A stretch of DNA of 11,595 bases from Candidatus Micrarchaeia archaeon (lineage in GTDB: Archaea > Micrarchaeota > Micrarchaeia > CAILAH01), in NCBI GenBank assembly GCA_049970015.1, contig JBMFNT010000024.1, positions 1 to 11,595 on the forward strand, in the 5' to 3' direction. The notes under the pieces are model-generated. The model did no database searches. It was given only the letters and a program-made list of their open reading frames with translations, and was not told the DNA's origin. The translations under genes and the position numbers were made by a program. This document shows, one piece after another, positions 7,041-11,595 of the stretch (position 1 is the first letter of the stretch; every line of letters starts with the position of its first letter).

Positions 7041-9932
7041 TTACTGATAATAACAAAGGTTTACGTAATCCCCACCAAACTTTTTAAACGAATCCTCAAG
7101 CTTGCCACACGCATCTGGTCTACTACCACCATATTCAACATTTGAAATACTTCCAGCGGGAATCGTATCCAGTGTCCATCCACCTACCATATATGAGCCC
7201 ATCACATCATAGAACACCATAGCTGATGCAATGCAAAACATGTTTTGGTCTGTGCACGCGCTAGAAACTGCATAATCCAACTCTTTCCACCCACCTTCCT
7301 GTTTATACTTCTGCATAAACTGCGTACATGGTTCATTTGTGGAGTATGTCATGAGCACATCTTCATATCTTGAATATGGCAGGTTCATAGATTCACACGC
7401 TTTAAGTGCCGGGTTATTCTGTGGCTGGTTAGGATATCCGCACTCTCTTAGATACTGGTTTTTATTCCAATCAGTACAATCCATTGTTGAAAGGCATTTG
7501 TATGTACAATCTCGCACGCATGTTACATCAAGACCGATACATCCCTGTCCCTTGCATGTGCATCCATTATTTGCGCTTATGCATTTGCTTATACATCTGT
7601 TTGAATTATTTTTATCAAGCAATTCAGCATTACATAGTGAAATTGCACGCTCTTTGCACATGTTCGGGTAGAATCCATAGTATTCATTGCAAACACTGCT
7701 ATTTTTCATACAATTATTATATATTGAAACAGCCTTATTCTCAACAAAAGATAAATAGCTCGAGTCTGTATATATCTTCATTCTATCACTACAGCCCTGC
7801 CTACTGGCATAATATATTGGTTGCATTGATTTCCTCTCCACATTAACATCAATAGGATTGACCAGATAAGTACAGTATGAATAATAGAGGTCCCCGTTTC
7901 CAAGCGTTGAATTCTGAATGAATGGATTGCCAAATGCATAAACGAGCGCATAATTGCCAAACTGCTGGTTTACGTACTGTAAGAATACAGTCTTATGCTT
8001 TTCCTCACTGTTAAGGTTATTATGGCCGCTTATGTCATCCATGTTTTTTGCAATCTCTGATGCATACTCTTTAATACCACCACCAAAAAGCTTATCTAAG
8101 CTATAGCTTTTGATGTTTTGCTTTATTGGAGAGCACCAATACATATATTGGTTCTGGCTAGATAATGCCTTTGCAGTAAGAGATTTCTCAATGTCCCCCA
8201 TATTTTCAGTTTCTGTGCATTGCCTAGGCTGTACAACACGACAACCTCCACCGGAACAAGCCCCTGCTATACATTCCCTGTCTTTCTCATTGACGATGCC
8301 ATCACCATTGAAGTCAAGCCTCATATCATAAACACCAGGATTATACGCCTCATCAAACAACTGTACATCCTCATTGTCTAGTATGCCGTCACCATTCAAA
8401 TCATAAAATACTGCATCCTCTTTGCAAACACTCTGACAATCCAGGCAAACCTCAGGTGGTGAAACTTCTTTGCCAGAGTCCATGCTGCATGGGATGTACA
8501 AGTAAACCATGTTTCCACCGAGTTCCAACCGGACAAGTTTTTTGCATTCCTCATTCACTGCACTGCAAGGGATAGGTACCCAAAAACCATTTAGGTTCTG
8601 GAACTTATAACATTCAGTGTCTGTACTATCATTCCCTGTACATGGGGTAGGCAGGTATATGGGTTTAGACTGCAATAAAACCGGCTTGTAAACAACACAC
8701 TTATCTGCACATGGTACAAACGCCCCATTTACATAAACATTGCACTGTGCAGGAGTGTCCGGGTTATCACATGGGACAAGGAAAGTCTTGTTGCTAATTT
8801 CAATAACCTTCCAACACAAGTAAGGCACTTTTATTGAATTGAGTATGCATTCCCCCGTTATAGGATCTTTGTACCCGAACTTACACGTATTATCCTGCAC
8901 AAGGCCAGCATCACCCGGAATGCATTTGTATTCATCAGAATCCTTAGACGCTTTTGCACAAACAGATGATCCACATACAATACAATTATTACCATCACAA
9001 ATCGAGCACGGTTGGCCGGCCTGCTCAGCAGTGCACGGATTTCCTATACAATCAGCACATGTACCATCAGGGTTGCAGCAGCCTGTTGCACAATCATCAC
9101 ATTCAACAAGGCCATCAGAACAACTGCCCTGCAACTTGCAGGAGTATGTGCCAGAAACTGTATCCTTTGCGCATATTGAGGATTCACATATAGTACATAC
9201 ATTGTTTGCATCACATTTTTTGCATGGCTGACCAACATTTTCTGGTGCACAGGAATCCCCTGTACATGATATGCACTGGCCCGTTGAGACATCTGCACAG
9301 CATCCATTCATCCAAACATATCCATCCGGGCATCCTTCCTGTGGTGCACACACATTCTTTTTCTGTGTAGGGTTGTATGCACACACACTATTATCCTGAC
9401 ATTGCATACAACTGCCCTGTGAATCACATACCGTACACTTCTCACCTGGCACTTTACATTCTTTCATTGAGCAAGAGGTTATGGATTCACACCTGCCAAG
9501 TGAATTGCATGCATATCCAGTACAGCACGAATTTACGTTGTTTGGGTCGCAGAACATTCCTTTATCACATGGCTTACATGTGCCATTCTCACACACAGAT
9601 CCCGGACAGCACGGTTTTGTGTCATCACATGATGGCGGGTTTGTGCAAACATTTTGCACCAAAATGCATGATTGAGGATTATTTATATCACAACATTGTC
9701 CTTGAGGGTTCAGAAAACGCCCAGCACCACATGTTGCAAAATCACAGTAATCAATCGGATTTCCAAAGCCATCATATACACAACAACCACACGAGCTTGA
9801 AGTACACTGGAAAGACTCTGGTGGGCAGGCACCTTTCTGCTGGCTGAACAACCATACTATGAGCAGGCCAAGAATGACTAGGAATATAATGATTATGATA
9901 GGTTTCCAATCAGTTTCCTCACGTTCTGCCAT
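7041..9932 (-). CDS. Large Cys-rich exported/membrane-anchored surface protein with a dockerin-like EF-hand pair (963 aa)
   Basis: N-terminal TM (PIIIIIFLVILGLLIVWLF); about 56 Cys in residues 36-337 by hand count; repeated 8-Cys modules; DLNGDGILDNED and DFNGDGIVNEKD Ca-binding loops; SD GGAGG overlaps the last codons of the upstream paralog. Confidence 0.88.
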   Translation of the reverse strand: MAEREETDWKPIIIIIFLVILGLLIVWLFSQQKGACPPESFQCTSSSCGCCVYDGFGNPIDYCDFATCGAGRFLNPQGQCCDINNPQSCILVQNVCTNPPSCDDTKPCCPGSVCENGTCKPCDKGMFCDPNNVNSCCTGYACNSLGRCESITSCSMKECKVPGEKCTVCDSQGSCMQCQDNSVCAYNPTQKKNVCAPQEGCPDGYVWMNGCCADVSTGQCISCTGDSCAPENVGQPCKKCDANNVCTICESSICAKDTVSGTYSCKLQGSCSDGLVECDDCATGCCNPDGTCADCIGNPCTAEQAGQPCSICDGNNCIVCGSSVCAKASKDSDEYKCIPGDAGLVQDNTCKFGYKDPITGECILNSIKVPYLCWKVIEISNKTFLVPCDNPDTPAQCNVYVNGAFVPCADKCVVYKPVLLQSKPIYLPTPCTGNDSTDTECYKFQNLNGFWVPIPCSAVNEECKKLVRLELGGNMVYLYIPCSMDSGKEVSPPEVCLDCQSVCKEDAVFYDLNGDGILDNEDVQLFDEAYNPGVYDMRLDFNGDGIVNEKDRECIAGACSGGGCRVVQPRQCTETENMGDIEKSLTAKALSSQNQYMYWCSPIKQNIKSYSLDKLFGGGIKEYASEIAKNMDDISGHNNLNSEEKHKTVFLQYVNQQFGNYALVYAFGNPFIQNSTLGNGDLYYSYCTYLVNPIDVNVERKSMQPIYYASRQGCSDRMKIYTDSSYLSFVENKAVSIYNNCMKNSSVCNEYYGFYPNMCKERAISLCNAELLDKNNSNRCISKCISANNGCTCKGQGCIGLDVTCVRDCTYKCLSTMDCTDWNKNQYLRECGYPNQPQNNPALKACESMNLPYSRYEDVLMTYSTNEPCTQFMQKYKQEGGWKELDYAVSSACTDQNMFCIASAMVFYDVMGSYMVGGWTLDTIPAGSISNVEYGGSRPDACGKLEDSFKKFGGDYVNLCYYQ

Positions 9933-9938
9933 ACTTCA

Positions 9939-11495
9939 TCATCCTCCTAATTTAGCCTCTACAGGCTCAACCACATGATCTGATATGCACTTGTCATAAT
10001 CCTCACTTGCTTTACACAAGTTGATGAGTGTAGCACAAGCATCCTTGCCCAGCTGTACATAGGCCACAAACTGCTCATATGGTGCAATCTTCGATTCACC
10101 ACTAAATGATTGAACACCACATTTAAACTTATATTGATAGCCTGTTGCCGTCGGAACATAACTAACATCACAACATATTGATGTCCGTTCATTTTTGATT
10201 CCAGGTACATATAACATGTACTTGTACCCTGAAGTGCATTCTGTAAAGTCCACGTATTTCACAAAAGATGGCAGGGCATCAGCAGGAACTATGTAAGTGC
10301 AGCAGGAGTTCTGTGCATCCGTACACGCATGTGTATATTTAGGGCATTCCGTCTCTGGCATATCTTGCTTACACACAATTCTATTGTCTATCTTACTACA
10401 GGTCGGTGGTGGCATTACTGCCTCAAGTTTAACACAACCTAACTCTGGACACATCAGACTGTTTTCTGGGCAGACATATGTCTTTTGTTGTCCATACTCA
10501 CAACAATTGCATCCCTCTACATTTTCGCACACGTGGCCTCCAGCACCACAGTACTCATCACCAGTAAGCGGGTCACAGCACCCAGTACCATCCGGGCATA
10601 CTACACCTATCCTTCCATCCTCCATCTCACAGCTCGGCTGGCATGAGTATAAACTTTCCCCTTTCTGGCTCTTTGCACAAATCGTTTTATCAAGACATTG
10701 GGAGCACTCTCCTTCAATACTGCACAGCTTGCAGTACTCGCCCGGGTTTGTGCATGGAAGCCGGCCGCAATCATTTGCACTTGCGCACTTTTTTGTTTGA
10801 ACATTACACACATAATTTGTACAGCAGTCCTTGTTCTCCTTGCAAGGTATATCTTTGCACGCCTGCTGGGTCTGGTTAGTACCTTCTTGTGGTGTGCATA
10901 CATTCTTACCTATGGTGGCGTTCCATACACAAACACTATTATCCTGGCATTGCATACAATTGCCATTTGAATCACATACCGTACACTTTTCACCGGGCAC
11001 AGCACATTCCCTCATTGCACATGAGCTTACATCTTCGCATTTGCCTTGTGAATTGCACGCAAGACCTGTACAGCATGAATTTACATCTTTTGGGTCGCAG
11101 AACTGTCCAACCTCACACGACTTGCACAGGCCATTCTGGCACGCAAACCCTTCACAACAGTCTTTTTGAGAATTGCACTGGACATTAACGCAAACAGGAA
11201 GGTTTGTTAGGCAATTTTGCGGGTTTGCACTCTCACAGCACACACCACTCTGTGGGTTGAGTATATAACCGCTAGGGCAAGTGCCAAACTCACAGTACTC
11301 CATAAGATTTCCAAAACCGTCCACAACACAACAGCCGCACTTGCTTACATCAGAACCACATTTTACTGTACCCTCAGGGCATTGTGCTGAGGTCCACGAG
11401 CACATCGAGATAAGCAGGAGTGCAAGTATGCCCGCACCTAATAAGGCCAGCAGATGCATACCAGCAGTATCCTCATCCTTTCCAAATATTGCCAT
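9939..11495 (-). CDS. Cys-rich exported protein, paralog of 7041..9932 (518 aa)
   Basis: Signal/TM segment LLALLGAGILALLLISM; the first ~200 aa align with the downstream gene (CGCCVxDGFGN, DPxxVNSCCTG, VPGEKCTVCDSxGxCMQCQDNSVC). The track's GTG at 11507 lies inside the SD AGGTGG, so the ATG at 11495 is preferred. Confidence 0.88.
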   Translation of the reverse strand: MAIFGKDEDTAGMHLLALLGAGILALLLISMCSWTSAQCPEGTVKCGSDVSKCGCCVVDGFGNLMEYCEFGTCPSGYILNPQSGVCCESANPQNCLTNLPVCVNVQCNSQKDCCEGFACQNGLCKSCEVGQFCDPKDVNSCCTGLACNSQGKCEDVSSCAMRECAVPGEKCTVCDSNGNCMQCQDNSVCVWNATIGKNVCTPQEGTNQTQQACKDIPCKENKDCCTNYVCNVQTKKCASANDCGRLPCTNPGEYCKLCSIEGECSQCLDKTICAKSQKGESLYSCQPSCEMEDGRIGVVCPDGTGCCDPLTGDEYCGAGGHVCENVEGCNCCEYGQQKTYVCPENSLMCPELGCVKLEAVMPPPTCSKIDNRIVCKQDMPETECPKYTHACTDAQNSCCTYIVPADALPSFVKYVDFTECTSGYKYMLYVPGIKNERTSICCDVSYVPTATGYQYKFKCGVQSFSGESKIAPYEQFVAYVQLGKDACATLINLCKASEDYDKCISDHVVEPVEAKLGG

Positions 11496-11595
11496 AGTAC
11501 ATACCACCTTAAGTTATACACCTAATAAGGCCAGCAGATGCATACCAGCAGTATCCTCATCCTTTCCAAATATTGCCATAGCACATACCACCTTA
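11435..11595. repeat. Tandem direct repeat, period 84 nt, truncated by the window end
   Basis: 11435-11511 equals 11519-11595 (77 nt) with one mismatch (T11498 vs C11582). Confidence 0.95.
11514..11579 (-). pseudogene. 21-codon duplicate of the 5' end of the Cys-rich gene (MAIFGKDEDTAGMHLLALLGV*)
   Basis: The second repeat copy keeps the SD and ATG, runs in the same frame as the full gene and stops at TAA 11514-11516. Confidence 0.55.

Noticed and set aside
6906..7145. 79-aa plus-strand ORF across the intergenic region
   Set aside because: It is antisense to the C/D sRNA, two TATA boxes and the 3' end of the Cys-rich gene, and shows no protein-like features.
9385..11000. Paralog similarity as a diversity-generating retroelement TR/VR pair
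   Set aside because: Mismatches are not restricted to adenines, both copies are internal coding modules, and no reverse transcriptase is present in the window.
7041..11495. Cys-rich proteins as multiheme cytochromes or ferredoxins
   Set aside because: No CxxCH motifs and no canonical CxxCxxCxxxCP motifs seen.
11435..11595. Terminal repeat as a CRISPR array or IS end
   Set aside because: The unit is 84 nt of gene-start sequence with no unique spacers, no inverted termini and no cas or transposase genes.

Overview
Archaeal genomic DNA, most plausibly from a DPANN archaeon such as Micrarchaeota. This is inferred from archaeal SRP54, TATA-box promoters, GGTG(A/G)-type SD motifs and a BHB-type tRNA intron. 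The window opens inside a type II tRNA (tRNA-Ser) whose T-loop is interrupted by a 102-nt structured intron at non-canonical position 58/59. Housekeeping genes follow: ZIP metal transporter (-), an operon of processive GT2 + membrane-anchored CxxC thioredoxin-like protein + SRP54 (+), flavin-reductase-like protein (-), a small ORFan (+) and a Kef-type CPA2 antiporter (-). The 6930-7040 intergenic region holds an unannotated, independently promoted box C/D guide RNA whose two guides appear to match adjacent 23S rRNA segments next to the peptidyl-transferase centre. The last 4.5 kb encode two paralogous, extremely Cys-rich exported proteins with repeated disulfide-type modules, one carrying a dockerin-like EF-hand pair. 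The window ends in an 84-nt-period tandem duplication of the SD, start codon and first 20 codons of the upstream paralog. All calls are by eye; no database searches were run.
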